Origin: Thermodesulfobacteriota bacterium
GTDB taxonomy: Bacteria > Desulfobacterota > WTBG01 > JAGOGO01
Reading direction: 5' to 3'
Assembly: GCA_026625185.1 (NCBI GenBank)
Contig: CP113000.1
Span: 150,001 to 182,000, forward strand
Length of the DNA stretch: 32,000 bases
Positions 17,144-25,834 of the stretch are shown one piece after another. The first letter of the stretch is position 1, and each line of letters begins with the position of its first letter. The translations under genes and the position numbers were made by a program. The notes under the pieces were generated by a model that was given only the letters and a program-made list of their open reading frames with translations, made no database searches and was not told the DNA's origin.

Positions 17144-18082
17144 TTACTTGGTTGCGACCATCAGCTCGGGCAGGACAGATTCCTTTCCGCCGGAAAGAAT
17201 ATGTATTCCCCGAAGGCCTTTCATTCCTCTAATTTTCTTGATTACTTCCCTGCAAATGGCAAGTCCTTCTTTTTTCTGGGCTTTCTCATCGCCGGCCGCT
17301 TTCAAGCGTTCGATTACCTGTTCTGGAATAGATAAATCAGTTAAAGTATCACGCAACTTCTCTGCTTCCCCAACGCTTTCTAAAGGTCGCACGCCTGCCA
17401 GAATAGCGACTTTCTCAGTAATGCCCTCCTCGCGGGCTGCTTCGAGCCACTGCTGAAAGCGCTCGGTATCAAATACTGCCTGAGTCTGGATAAATCGCGC
17501 ACCCCCCGCCACCTTTTTGGTAACTCGAAGAATATTGAGTTCCAGAGGAGCCAGGTAAGGATTTGCTACTGCCCCTATAAGCATTGAAAATCTTCCTTCA
17601 ATTCTGTTTCCATCAAGAAGGACTCCTTGTTCGTTCATTTTCTTTATCGCCGCAATGAGTTGAATCGAGTCAATGTCAAAAGAATTACCGGCTTCAAATG
17701 ATGTGGTCAGGGTTTGGTGGTATCCGGACAGGCAGAGAACGTTTCTGATTCCTAAATAGGCTGCCCCAAGAAGATCGGACTGGAGGGCAATGCGGTTTCG
17801 GTCGCGGGTAACAAGCTGGTAGATTGGTTCTATATTCTCCCGAATCAAAGCAACTGACCCTACAAGACTCGACAGGACCGGACCATGAGGATTGTCAGCC
17901 ACATTGACTGCTATCGGTCCATCTTTTAGGACACCGAACACCTTTTCAATTACCGTGAGCTCCGCAGTAGCGTGTGGCAGAAGCTCTGCGGTAACAATAA
18001 AAGCTCCCTTCTCTATCGCCTGTGCAAGTTTACTATCCTGTGTCATACGGTCATCTCCCTCCCCGACCAAAGCCGGAGACAA
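17144..18082 (-). CDS. metF: methylenetetrahydrofolate reductase (acetogen/sulfate-reducer MetF type)
   Basis: FIVTAELLPH..., VNVADNPHG, QLVTRDRNRIALQSDLLGAAYLGIRNVLCLSGYH, ARFIQTQAVFD. Adjacent to metV and mvhD. The start could also be the ATG at 18046 (MTQDSK...). Confidence 0.85.
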   Translation of the reverse strand: MSPALVGEGDDRMTQDSKLAQAIEKGAFIVTAELLPHATAELTVIEKVFGVLKDGPIAVNVADNPHGPVLSSLVGSVALIRENIEPIYQLVTRDRNRIALQSDLLGAAYLGIRNVLCLSGYHQTLTTSFEAGNSFDIDSIQLIAAIKKMNEQGVLLDGNRIEGRFSMLIGAVANPYLAPLELNILRVTKKVAGGARFIQTQAVFDTERFQQWLEAAREEGITEKVAILAGVRPLESVGEAEKLRDTLTDLSIPEQVIERLKAAGDEKAQKKEGLAICREVIKKIRGMKGLRGIHILSGGKESVLPELMVATK

Positions 18083-18100
18083 AAAAACTTTCGAAAGGTT

Positions 18101-18508
18101 TCATTGAGAATTTGAACAAGCCAAGCCGCTAATCTTAGCGCGAAAATTATCTACTTCACGAATAATCTGTTCTACGTCAACTTCTTCTTTTGGTTTAATA
18201 ACCTTTATTCTTCCTCTGCCCAGTCCGATCTCCTCAAGAAGTGAGTCTACTGCCTCCACTCTCCGCGCTGCCCGCAGATTTCCCTCAAGGTAACGACAAG
18301 CATCCTGTTTGCAGGTTATCACCATCACGCCATCTGCTCCGGTTTCAAACGCTTTAATCAAATAAAGCAGGTCCACCTTCCCGGAACAAGGCAAGCTGAT
18401 CGCTTTCAGCTCCTCACCTTCTCGTGCAGCACAGTAACGTCGTGCGGTATCAGTATCAAAACTATTAGAACAAAAAAATAAATATATTTTTAAAGGTCGA
18501 TTATCCAT
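18101..18508 (-). CDS. mvhD: MvhD/FlpD-like iron-sulfur protein (methyl-viologen-reducing hydrogenase delta-subunit family), copy 2
   Basis: KIYLFFCSNS...SLPCSGKVDLLYLIKAFETGADGVMVITCKQDACRYLEGNLRAARRV is the diagnostic MvhD pattern. Confidence 0.85.
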   Translation of the reverse strand: MDNRPLKIYLFFCSNSFDTDTARRYCAAREGEELKAISLPCSGKVDLLYLIKAFETGADGVMVITCKQDACRYLEGNLRAARRVEAVDSLLEEIGLGRGRIKVIKPKEEVDVEQIIREVDNFRAKISGLACSNSQ

Positions 18509-18513
18509 AACAC

Positions 18514-19182
18514 TTAGATCCTGTGGTCCTCCCGGACGATAACCCGAAGTCCGCCATGAATGCTCGCGTTCCAGTTTTTCGGTGGCTTAATTTGTTTAAG
18601 GCGGTCAAGCTGCCCAATGCCTTTGAGCCGCTGATAGATAAGTTGCCAGGCGCAGGGGCGGTCGGGCAAGACCTCACAACGGTCTTCCCGGGAACCACCG
18701 CAGGGGCCATTAAGCATATGCTTGGCGCACCGGGTAATCGGGCAGATACCGCCGTATTCGTGCAGCACACAGGCGCCGCAGGCAACGCATTTCTCCGTCC
18801 AGACCGCCCTTTCTTCAAGAATGCCCAGGAAAGCGGTGTTCAGTCCGGCATAAACCGGCTTTGCAGGATAACGTTCCGCAATGGCTTGAACGCCAGCACC
18901 GCACCCGAGAGAAAGCACCGCATCATTTCTCTCGATTGCTTCGGCAGCTTTCTCGATAAACACGTTGTCACACTGACGCTCGATGGTAAGCTCCTCAATC
19001 TGGAGAGAAAAGCCGGCTAATCGCGAAGCTATTCGTAGCGCCGAAGAAATAATGCTCACCTCACGTTCACCACCAGCAAGGCAAACCGTAACACAGGTGC
19101 CGCATCCCAGCACTAAAACTTTTTTTTGGCCTTTTAATATCTCGATAAGTTCAGGTATAGTTTTTCTTTCTGCAACGATCAT
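18514..19182 (-). CDS. metV: MetV (zinc/iron-sulfur partner subunit of MetF; carries the MTHFR C-terminal-domain family)
   Basis: The C-terminal half CVACGACVLHEYGGICPITRCAKHMLNGPCGGSREDRCEV...DRPCAW is the characteristic LNGPCGG MetV signature. The N-terminal half carries VLVLGCGTCVTVCLAGG. Confidence 0.75.
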   Translation of the reverse strand: MIVAERKTIPELIEILKGQKKVLVLGCGTCVTVCLAGGEREVSIISSALRIASRLAGFSLQIEELTIERQCDNVFIEKAAEAIERNDAVLSLGCGAGVQAIAERYPAKPVYAGLNTAFLGILEERAVWTEKCVACGACVLHEYGGICPITRCAKHMLNGPCGGSREDRCEVLPDRPCAWQLIYQRLKGIGQLDRLKQIKPPKNWNASIHGGLRVIVREDHRI

Positions 19183-19283
19183 GCGAGGGCCTCCGCTCTA
19201 TGAATGACGTTTTAAAAATTTCCGGGTAGCACTATCTTAAATTTTTGTTACACCGGATGGCGAATGTAAGCGTAAAACAGCGT

Positions 19284-19742
19284 TTATATCTGAACAAAAT
19301 CCTTCTGCTCTTTTTTGTTCCCACTCGTCGACTTTAAGGGATTAGGGCCAAGCTCGCGAACAGTTTTAATCATGTCAGTAATAATATCCGCCAAAGGGCG
19401 TCCCATGGCGGCAGAAATATTAACCATTCGCAAACGCTCCTTTTCAATTCCAATTTCTGCCAAAAGATCCCGGGTCTGATTGACCCGGCGTTTTGCCACC
19501 AGATTCCCTTCGATAAAATGGCATCCGCCCTCAAGACACCCCGCAACCAGCACGCCGTCCGCCCCGTTTTCAAACGCCCTTAAATAAAAATCAACCTCCA
19601 GTCTACCCGTACACGGCGTGCGAATAATGCGTATGTTTGGCGGATACTGAAGCCGCATCGAACCAGCCAGGTCCGCGGAAGCATAGGCACAGTAATGACA
19701 AAAAAAACCTACAATCAATGGTTCAAAGGCATGTGCATTCAT
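19284..19742 (-). CDS. mvhD: MvhD/FlpD-like iron-sulfur protein, copy 1
   Basis: IVGFFCHYCAY...RTPCTGRLEVDFYLRAFENGADGVLVAGCLEGGCHFIEGNLVAKRRV. The ATGA overlap (19739-19742) with the HdrA-like gene suggests translational coupling. Confidence 0.85.
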   Translation of the reverse strand: MNAHAFEPLIVGFFCHYCAYASADLAGSMRLQYPPNIRIIRTPCTGRLEVDFYLRAFENGADGVLVAGCLEGGCHFIEGNLVAKRRVNQTRDLLAEIGIEKERLRMVNISAAMGRPLADIITDMIKTVRELGPNPLKSTSGNKKEQKDFVQI

Positions 19743-22700
19743 GATGAATTTCCAGCTGCTAATAAGTTATCAAGCATCATACAAAACTGACCGGTCTCAA
19801 AATGGCTCAGCTGGATTGCACGAGCCGGACACTCGGCGGCACAAATACCACACCCCATGCATTTGGCTCCGATAATCTCCGCCTTTTGATCCCGGTTTAC
19901 CAGAGGCGCTCCATAAGGACATACTTTCAAACAGGTCATGCACGAGATACATTTATTCTGGTTGACATGCGATACCTGAGCGCCGACATCAAGATACGTC
20001 TTTGAAAGCACGGTGGCTGCCCGCGCAGCCGCAGCCCTGGCTTGAGAAATATTTTCGTCAACGAATTTTGGCGAGTGAGCAAGTCCGCACAGGAAAATAC
20101 CCTCACTGGCAAAATCAACCGGCCGTAGCTTCAAATGAGCTTCCACGTAAAAACCATCGGCATTAAGGGGAACCTTAAGCATGTCAGCAATAACCTTATT
20201 ATCTTCACCCGGTATAATACCGGTGCTGAGCACGACACGATCAGCTTCCATCTCAAGTGACTCTGGAAAGTCAGGACTGTCCACGGTGATAACCAGACCA
20301 TGGGCATCAGAAATTTTCGGAGGGGAATCCTGATGGTAGCGGATAAAGACAACCCCGGCTTCCCGTGCTTTTTTATAGTACGTTTCCCGAAACCCGTACG
20401 TCCTTACATCCCGGTAAAGAATAAATACCTGTGCATCCGGATCCTTCTCCTTGATACTAAGCGCATTCTTAACCGCCCTAGAACAGCAAAGTCGACTACA
20501 ATAGGGGCGTTCGGGATTGCGGGATCCCACGCATTGAATCATGACCACGTTCCCACCGCCCGTAGAAAACGTTTTTTCATGGAGCTGTTTTTCTAATTCA
20601 CCTTGGGTCAGCACCTGTTGAGATTTACCATATAGAAACTCTGAGGTTCCTGCCGGTTTGGCGCCCGTAGCTACTATCAGGGCACCGCAAGAAACCTCGA
20701 TCCTTTCCTCATTCCGGGAAAGGGTGACCAAGAAATTGCCGATATGTCCGGCAACACGGGCAAGCTCTGTTTCCCGGTAAACATTAATATTGGGATGATT
20801 TTCAACTCGCTGGATGAGCCCAGCGGTAAAAGCAGGGATGTCATCCTTTTCCAGGGTACTGTATAAGTTGAGAAGATTTCCCCCCAGACGATCAGCACAC
20901 TCAACAAGGTTGATTTTAAAGCCCTGGTCTGCTAATGAAAGGGCCGCCGTCATGCCGCTCATTCCTCCTCCAATAACCAAGCCGGTTTGATTAATTTCAA
21001 GCGATTCTCCTCCCAGCGGAGCCAGAGAATGTGCCCGGGCAATAGACATGCGCACCAGCTCAATTGCTTTTTTCGTGGCCTCCTTCGGGTTTAATGAGTG
21101 CACCCATGAGCACTGGTCCCGAATGTTGGCGAGCTCGAATAAATAGGGATTGAGACCTGCTTCGCGGAGTGTTTCCCGAAACAAGGGCTCGTGGGTTCGG
21201 GGGGTGCACGAAGCAACAACAATCCGGTTCAGCCGGTATTCACGAATTTTCTCCTTGATTTCTGACAGGCTGGTATCTGAACAGGTGAACATGCTATCTT
21301 TGGCAAAAACAACCCCCTCCTGAGATTTAATACTATCAACTACCTGAGTAACATCTACGACCGACGCAATGTTTATTCCGCAGTGGCACACAAACACCCC
21401 AATCCTCGGCTCTTCGTCGGTAATGTCGCGTTCGTTAGGGTAGGTTTTTTTGGTAACCAGAGTATTGCGGGAATCTGCCAGCAATTCCATGGCCATGGAT
21501 GCTGCACCACTTGCCTGGGTAACGGTTTCCGGAATATCTTTAGGCTCCTGGAACGCACCGGCAACAAAAACCCCAGGCCGGGATGTTGTCAGTGGAAGAA
21601 GGCGATTCGTCGCACAAAAGCCGAACCCGTTAAGCTCTATCCCCAAGCGGGATACCCTTTCCGTGACCGATGTTTTCGGCTCAATGCCCGTGGCCAGCAC
21701 CACCAGATCAAACTCTTGTTCCTCAAATTTCCGATTTTCATTTACAAATCGTACCCGAAGATTTCTGGTGTCCGGGACCTGCACAATCCGTGACGGCATA
21801 CTGCGGACAAAGTGGATACTCGTTTCACCGCGAGCGCGTTCATAATACTGGTCAAAATCTTTTCCATGGGCACGAATATCCATATAAAAAATGGTCGCTT
21901 CCAGACCTTCTAAATGTTCGCGGGCAACCAAAGCTTGTTTTATCGTCGCCATGCAGCAAACCGATGAACAGTAGTCGTTGCCGCAGTTGCTGTCTCGCGA
22001 ACCCACGCACTGAATAAAAGCAATACGTTTCGCTTCGCCACCGCCTGCCGGTCGCACAATATGCCCTTCAAAGGGGCCCGCAGCAGAAAGCATGCGCTCA
22101 AATTGCACATTGGTAATCACGTTATCATAACGGCCAAAGCCAAACTCTCCTTTTTTGGCAGCAGGAAACTCCTCGAAACCGGGAGTAAGGATAACCGCGC
22201 CCACTTCAAGTTCGATCATCTGCACTTCCCTGGCATGATTGATCGCGTTCTTCTCGCAGGCGGCCACACACTCCCGGCATTCGGAGCACAAAGCGCAGTT
22301 GAGACATCGCTCGGTTTCGGCCAGAGCATCTTCTTCGGAAAAGGCTTCTTCGACCTCAGCAAAGTTGTTGATTCTTTGTTCCAGCGGCAGTTCCGGAGTC
22401 TGGGCACGCGGTCTTTTTTCCACCTCTGCTAATGAGGGAAGAAGTTCCTCGGCAACCGGAGCGATCGTATTTTCAAAACGGGCAGTCCGCGGATCTTCCT
22501 TTCTCACGTACCGGTCAATCGATTCCGCCGCTCGCTTGCCGGCAGCAACCGCTTCAATGACCGTCGCGGGGCCGGTAACAATATCCCCACCGGCGAAAAC
22601 CCCGTCTTTCTCAGTGAGTCCGTATTGGTCAACGATGATGTTTCCCCGCTGGTTTACCGGTAAAAACGCCGCAGTGCCGAAAAAAGACGGATCGGAACGG

Positions 22701-24241
22701 CTTCCGATAGCCAAAATCACCATGGCGGTTTTAAAATCCTTGGTTTCGTTTTCATTATAGGTCGGATTAAATCGTTTTTGCTCATCGAAGACTGCCGTGC
22801 ATTTCTTTAGTTCAATACCGTTTACCATCCCTTCGGAACCTTTAATTCTTTTTGGTCCCCAGGAGGTGTGGACCGTAATCCCTTCTTCAAGCGCCTGCTT
22901 TTTCTCTTCTTCATTGGCGGGCATCTCTTCCCACGATTCCAGACAGGCCATCTGCACATCTTTGGCCCCAAGTCTCTTGGCGCTTAACGCCACGTCAATC
23001 GCCACGTTTCCGCCGCCGATGACAAACACCCTATCTTTGATGTCCGCTGTCCCCTCTTTGACGGCCCTGAGGAAATCGAGCCCCTGAACGACTCCGTTAA
23101 GATTCTCACCTTCCACATTCAGGATGCTGCCTTTCTGTAAGCCCATGCCGATAAAGACCGCAGCATGGTCTGCGCGCAGCTTATCAATGGTGATGTCTTT
23201 GCCCACCTGGCAGTTAAACACAAAGGTAACTCCTTTGCGTCGAATAAGCTCGATTTCATAATCCAGGACCTTCTCGGGAAGGCGGTATTCAGGAATCCCC
23301 CAACGAAGCATTCCGCCCGCAGCAGGGCGAGCTTCGTAAACAATCACAGCATACCCACGATCAGCAAGGTCCTGGGCTACCGTCAGGCCGGAAGGGCCGG
23401 CACCGACAACGGCAATTTTCCGGGCTTCCGGTGGAGGTGTTTTTTCCGCGGGAAGAGTGAGCTGCCCTGACTCCACCATTTCCATTTCCTTGTCTGAGGC
23501 GAAGCGTTTTAATTGCCGAATGGCAACCGGCGCATCAACCTGACCCCGGGTGCACGCGGTTTCGCAGGGATGAGTACAAACGCGTCCACAGATAGCAGAA
23601 AGGGGATTTCTTTCCCTGATCAGGTTTACAGCCTTGATATATTCTTTTTTCTTGATAAGTTGAATATAGCCCTGCACATTTATGTTTGCCGGACATGTCG
23701 TTTTACACGGAGAGTGCCCCAGCTTAAGAATGCTGGGAAGGTTGGGCACTGCCTGAACATACTGTTTGGCAATCGCTTTGCGAGTCCCTAAACCGCGATT
23801 GAACCGGTCAGAAATTTCAACCGGACAAACCGTGGTGCAGTCTCCGCAGGCATTACAGATTTTTTCATCCACATAACGGGGAGATTTTTTAACGGTAACC
23901 GTAAATCGGCCGGGGTCTCCCTCGATGCGGTCAAGTTCTGATAAAGTCAAAATTTCTATGTTCAGGTTTCGGGCACATTCAACCAGTTTAGGCGAAACTA
24001 TGCAGGTGGCGCAATCGCCCGTGGGAAAAGTCTTATCCAGTTGAGCCATCATTCCACCGATGGCAGCCGATCGCTCAATGAGGTAAACCTTGAAACCAGA
24101 GTTGGCCAGATCGAGCGCCGCCTGCACTCCGGCAATGCCGGCGCCTTGTACCAGGACTGCACCGATTTTATTATTGTTGTTATTGTTATTATTGTTGTTA
24201 TTCATCTTCAGTTTTTTTACCTTAATCGAGTCAAAAACCAT
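19739..24241 (-). CDS. hdrA: giant HdrA-family flavoprotein (1500 aa): two HdrA units in tandem, with a GltD/NfnB-type NAD(P)H oxidoreductase module inserted in the first unit (HdrL-like architecture)
   Basis: Unit 1: VLVQGAGIAGVQAALDLA...DKTFPTGDCATCI, then IQCVGSRDSNCGNDYCSSVCC. Insert (aa ~175-580, nt ~22500-23720): CPANINVQGYI...ICGRVCTHPCETACTRG, KIAVVGAGPSGLTVAQDLA, GGMLRWGIPEYRLP, VFVIGGGNVAIDVA, GVFAGGDIVTGPATVIEAVAAGKRAA. Unit 2: IGVFVCHCGINIA, GLVIGGGMSGMTAALSLA, IQCVGSRNPERPYCSRLCC, and C-terminal CISCMTCLKVCPYGAP / CMGCGICAAECPARAI. GAGGGGG RBS 7 nt upstream of the ATG at 24241. Confidence 0.9.
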   Translation of the reverse strand: MVFDSIKVKKLKMNNNNNNNNNNNKIGAVLVQGAGIAGVQAALDLANSGFKVYLIERSAAIGGMMAQLDKTFPTGDCATCIVSPKLVECARNLNIEILTLSELDRIEGDPGRFTVTVKKSPRYVDEKICNACGDCTTVCPVEISDRFNRGLGTRKAIAKQYVQAVPNLPSILKLGHSPCKTTCPANINVQGYIQLIKKKEYIKAVNLIRERNPLSAICGRVCTHPCETACTRGQVDAPVAIRQLKRFASDKEMEMVESGQLTLPAEKTPPPEARKIAVVGAGPSGLTVAQDLADRGYAVIVYEARPAAGGMLRWGIPEYRLPEKVLDYEIELIRRKGVTFVFNCQVGKDITIDKLRADHAAVFIGMGLQKGSILNVEGENLNGVVQGLDFLRAVKEGTADIKDRVFVIGGGNVAIDVALSAKRLGAKDVQMACLESWEEMPANEEEKKQALEEGITVHTSWGPKRIKGSEGMVNGIELKKCTAVFDEQKRFNPTYNENETKDFKTAMVILAIGSRSDPSFFGTAAFLPVNQRGNIIVDQYGLTEKDGVFAGGDIVTGPATVIEAVAAGKRAAESIDRYVRKEDPRTARFENTIAPVAEELLPSLAEVEKRPRAQTPELPLEQRINNFAEVEEAFSEEDALAETERCLNCALCSECRECVAACEKNAINHAREVQMIELEVGAVILTPGFEEFPAAKKGEFGFGRYDNVITNVQFERMLSAAGPFEGHIVRPAGGGEAKRIAFIQCVGSRDSNCGNDYCSSVCCMATIKQALVAREHLEGLEATIFYMDIRAHGKDFDQYYERARGETSIHFVRSMPSRIVQVPDTRNLRVRFVNENRKFEEQEFDLVVLATGIEPKTSVTERVSRLGIELNGFGFCATNRLLPLTTSRPGVFVAGAFQEPKDIPETVTQASGAASMAMELLADSRNTLVTKKTYPNERDITDEEPRIGVFVCHCGINIASVVDVTQVVDSIKSQEGVVFAKDSMFTCSDTSLSEIKEKIREYRLNRIVVASCTPRTHEPLFRETLREAGLNPYLFELANIRDQCSWVHSLNPKEATKKAIELVRMSIARAHSLAPLGGESLEINQTGLVIGGGMSGMTAALSLADQGFKINLVECADRLGGNLLNLYSTLEKDDIPAFTAGLIQRVENHPNINVYRETELARVAGHIGNFLVTLSRNEERIEVSCGALIVATGAKPAGTSEFLYGKSQQVLTQGELEKQLHEKTFSTGGGNVVMIQCVGSRNPERPYCSRLCCSRAVKNALSIKEKDPDAQVFILYRDVRTYGFRETYYKKAREAGVVFIRYHQDSPPKISDAHGLVITVDSPDFPESLEMEADRVVLSTGIIPGEDNKVIADMLKVPLNADGFYVEAHLKLRPVDFASEGIFLCGLAHSPKFVDENISQARAAAARAATVLSKTYLDVGAQVSHVNQNKCISCMTCLKVCPYGAPLVNRDQKAEIIGAKCMGCGICAAECPARAIQLSHFETGQFCMMLDNLLAAGNSS
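24170..24202 (-). repeat. imperfect trinucleotide repeat (AAT/AAC)x11 encoding an Asn11 tract in the N-terminal extension of the HdrA-like protein
   Basis: The plus strand reads att att gtt gtt att gtt att att gtt gtt att. The protein begins MVFDSIKVKKLKM-N11-KIGAVLVQGAG. Confidence 0.9.
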
Positions 24242-24257
24242 TTTAAAACCCCCTCAA

Positions 24258-24312
24258 TCCCCCTTTACAAAAGGAAGATGACAACAGGCTTCTCCCCTTT
24301 AGAAAAGGGAAG
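24258..24312 (-). repeat. two ~20-nt direct repeats, each able to form a small triloop hairpin, in the hdrB-hdrA intercistronic spacer
   Basis: Plus strand: TCCCCCTTTACAAAAGGAAG (24258-24277) and TCCCCTTTAGAAAAGGGAAG (24293-24312). Each contains CC(C)TTT-NNN-AAAGG(G), a 5-6 bp stem. Confidence 0.6.
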
Positions 24313-24391
24313 TCACAGGGGATTAGTTTAAATTTTTGCTCAATTTAGTCTTTTTTTGTTCTCATCCAGCTAGTCAATCAAGTTCCTCCGT

Positions 24392-25255
24392 TCACGTTAA
24401 GCGCTGAACAATCCTCTCGGGAGAGACCATGAGTTTTTCCAAACCAAGTTTATCGGCAGAAATGCCGAGGCAAAGCCCAAGTAATTGGGTAATATAGATA
24501 ATCGGCAGGTTGTGGTCTCTGCCGGTTTCTTTTTTAATGTCACTCTGTCGCAAGTCCAGATTTATCTGACACATAGGACAGGCCACCGCCACGCACTCTG
24601 CACCCGCAGCCCGGGCCATCGTCAAAACAGCATCAGAGAGCTTTACCACGACATCGCTCCGGGTGAGGGAAAGAGCTCCCCCGCAGCATTCAACCTTGTG
24701 GGGCCAGTCAAGACTTTCCCCTCCTATGGCAGTAACCAGACGATCCAGGGAAACGGGATTTTCCGGATTATCAAACCGATTTACTTCCGGTGGACGCACC
24801 AGCAGACAACCATAGTAACACGCCACCTTAAGCCCGTTAAGAGAGCGCTTGAGAGCTTTTTTGATTCTGTCAATCTCCACATCTTCAAGAAGCACTTCTA
24901 CGAAATGGCGCACCCGCACCGAGCCGTCATAATCATGACCAAGCGCTTCACCCACATGCTCACGAATTTTGGGGTGACGCAGAACTTCGTAGTTCGCCAT
25001 TTTCAGCATGCTGTAACAGGCAGCGCAGGTAACGACAACATCAAGCCCCATTTTCTGCGCCCGAGCCAGATTGGCTGCCGGCAATGAGGCCGACAGCACC
25101 CGGTCAGTCTGGTGAGCCGGGGTGGTGCCGCAACAGGTCCACCCTTCGATCTCGGTCAAATCAATCCCCAGGGCGCGGGCGACGGCTGAACATGATGCAT
25201 GCTGTTCCCGCGCGGTGGAATCAGATGCGCATCCGGGATAATATGCGTATTTCAT
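24392..25255 (-). CDS. hdrB: heterodisulfide reductase subunit B-like protein (two CCG domains)
   Basis: MKYAYYPGCA..., EIEGWTCCGTTPAH, ACYYGC, KVECCGGALS, VACPMCQINLD. Confidence 0.9.
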   Translation of the reverse strand: MKYAYYPGCASDSTAREQHASCSAVARALGIDLTEIEGWTCCGTTPAHQTDRVLSASLPAANLARAQKMGLDVVVTCAACYSMLKMANYEVLRHPKIREHVGEALGHDYDGSVRVRHFVEVLLEDVEIDRIKKALKRSLNGLKVACYYGCLLVRPPEVNRFDNPENPVSLDRLVTAIGGESLDWPHKVECCGGALSLTRSDVVVKLSDAVLTMARAAGAECVAVACPMCQINLDLRQSDIKKETGRDHNLPIIYITQLLGLCLGISADKLGLEKLMVSPERIVQRLT

Positions 25256-25830
25256 TTTTGCTTTTCCTTCGCTCGCCTCACTGAATCAAAAATGCGTTTT
25301 ACCATTTTCCGGTCAGCCCCCCGGGGAGGCAAAAGCGCAATTTTTCTCTTTCTGAGCATACCCGGGAATTTCTCCGCGTCTTTCATATAAGTTTTCGTGC
25401 CGATCTTATGAGCAACGATCATGCCCAGGTCATAGGTGCGTCCAAACATTTCTACAGTTTTAAGAAAGACCCGGTTAAAAAGCGGCATGTTGCCTTCCGG
25501 GGCTGGTGTTTTCTGCTCCACGGCTAAGCCCCGCAAGGCGTCAATTACCGAGGGAATATCGATTCCCATGGGGCACCGGACAAAACAGGTTTCACAGGAT
25601 ACACACATCCACACCAGATCGCTGGCAAGCAACTCATTTCCTGCGCACAAGTGTAACCGGCGCAGGATCTCCGAAGGTGGAGCCCCGGTAAGGTTGGACA
25701 CGGGACAACCACTGTCACACTTCTTACATTGGAAGCAAACGCTCAAATCAACGTCCGCCAATTTTTCCACCGTGCGAAGGAGCCCTGGAGATGTTTTGTC
25801 TTTCTTAATCCTGATGGTCATGATGTTCAT
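25252..25830 (-). CDS. hdrC: heterodisulfide reductase subunit C-like protein (2x[4Fe-4S])
   Basis: CFQCKKCDSGCPVSN and CVSCETCFVRCPMGID. The track ORF extends to 25971, but that part lies inside the upstream gene. I place the start at ATG 25830 (4 nt after the upstream TAG), or at ATG 25821, which has AGGGAAA 9 nt upstream. A 4-nt overlap with hdrB is at 25252-25255. Confidence 0.85.
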   Translation of the reverse strand: MNIMTIRIKKDKTSPGLLRTVEKLADVDLSVCFQCKKCDSGCPVSNLTGAPPSEILRRLHLCAGNELLASDLVWMCVSCETCFVRCPMGIDIPSVIDALRGLAVEQKTPAPEGNMPLFNRVFLKTVEMFGRTYDLGMIVAHKIGTKTYMKDAEKFPGMLRKRKIALLPPRGADRKMVKRIFDSVRRAKEKQK

Positions 25831-25834
25831 TTCC

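Noticed and set aside
19802-23791. Numerous 60-173-aa plus-strand ORFs in the track (e.g. 22239-22760, 21383-21793, 21450-21845) inside the HdrA-like gene. Similar antisense or out-of-frame ORFs occur inside A2M, pbpC, glnA, the gltB-like genes, metF, metV and ade.
   Set aside because: All lie antisense to, or out of frame within, long CDSs that carry clear family motifs. Their translations are low-complexity (Ser/Arg/Pro-rich), and they have no RBS or homology I recognise. They are typical shadow ORFs.
24170-24202. The AAT/AAC repeat as a phase-variation switch.
   Set aside because: The unit length is 3 nt, so slippage keeps the frame. It can change tract length but cannot switch the gene on or off.
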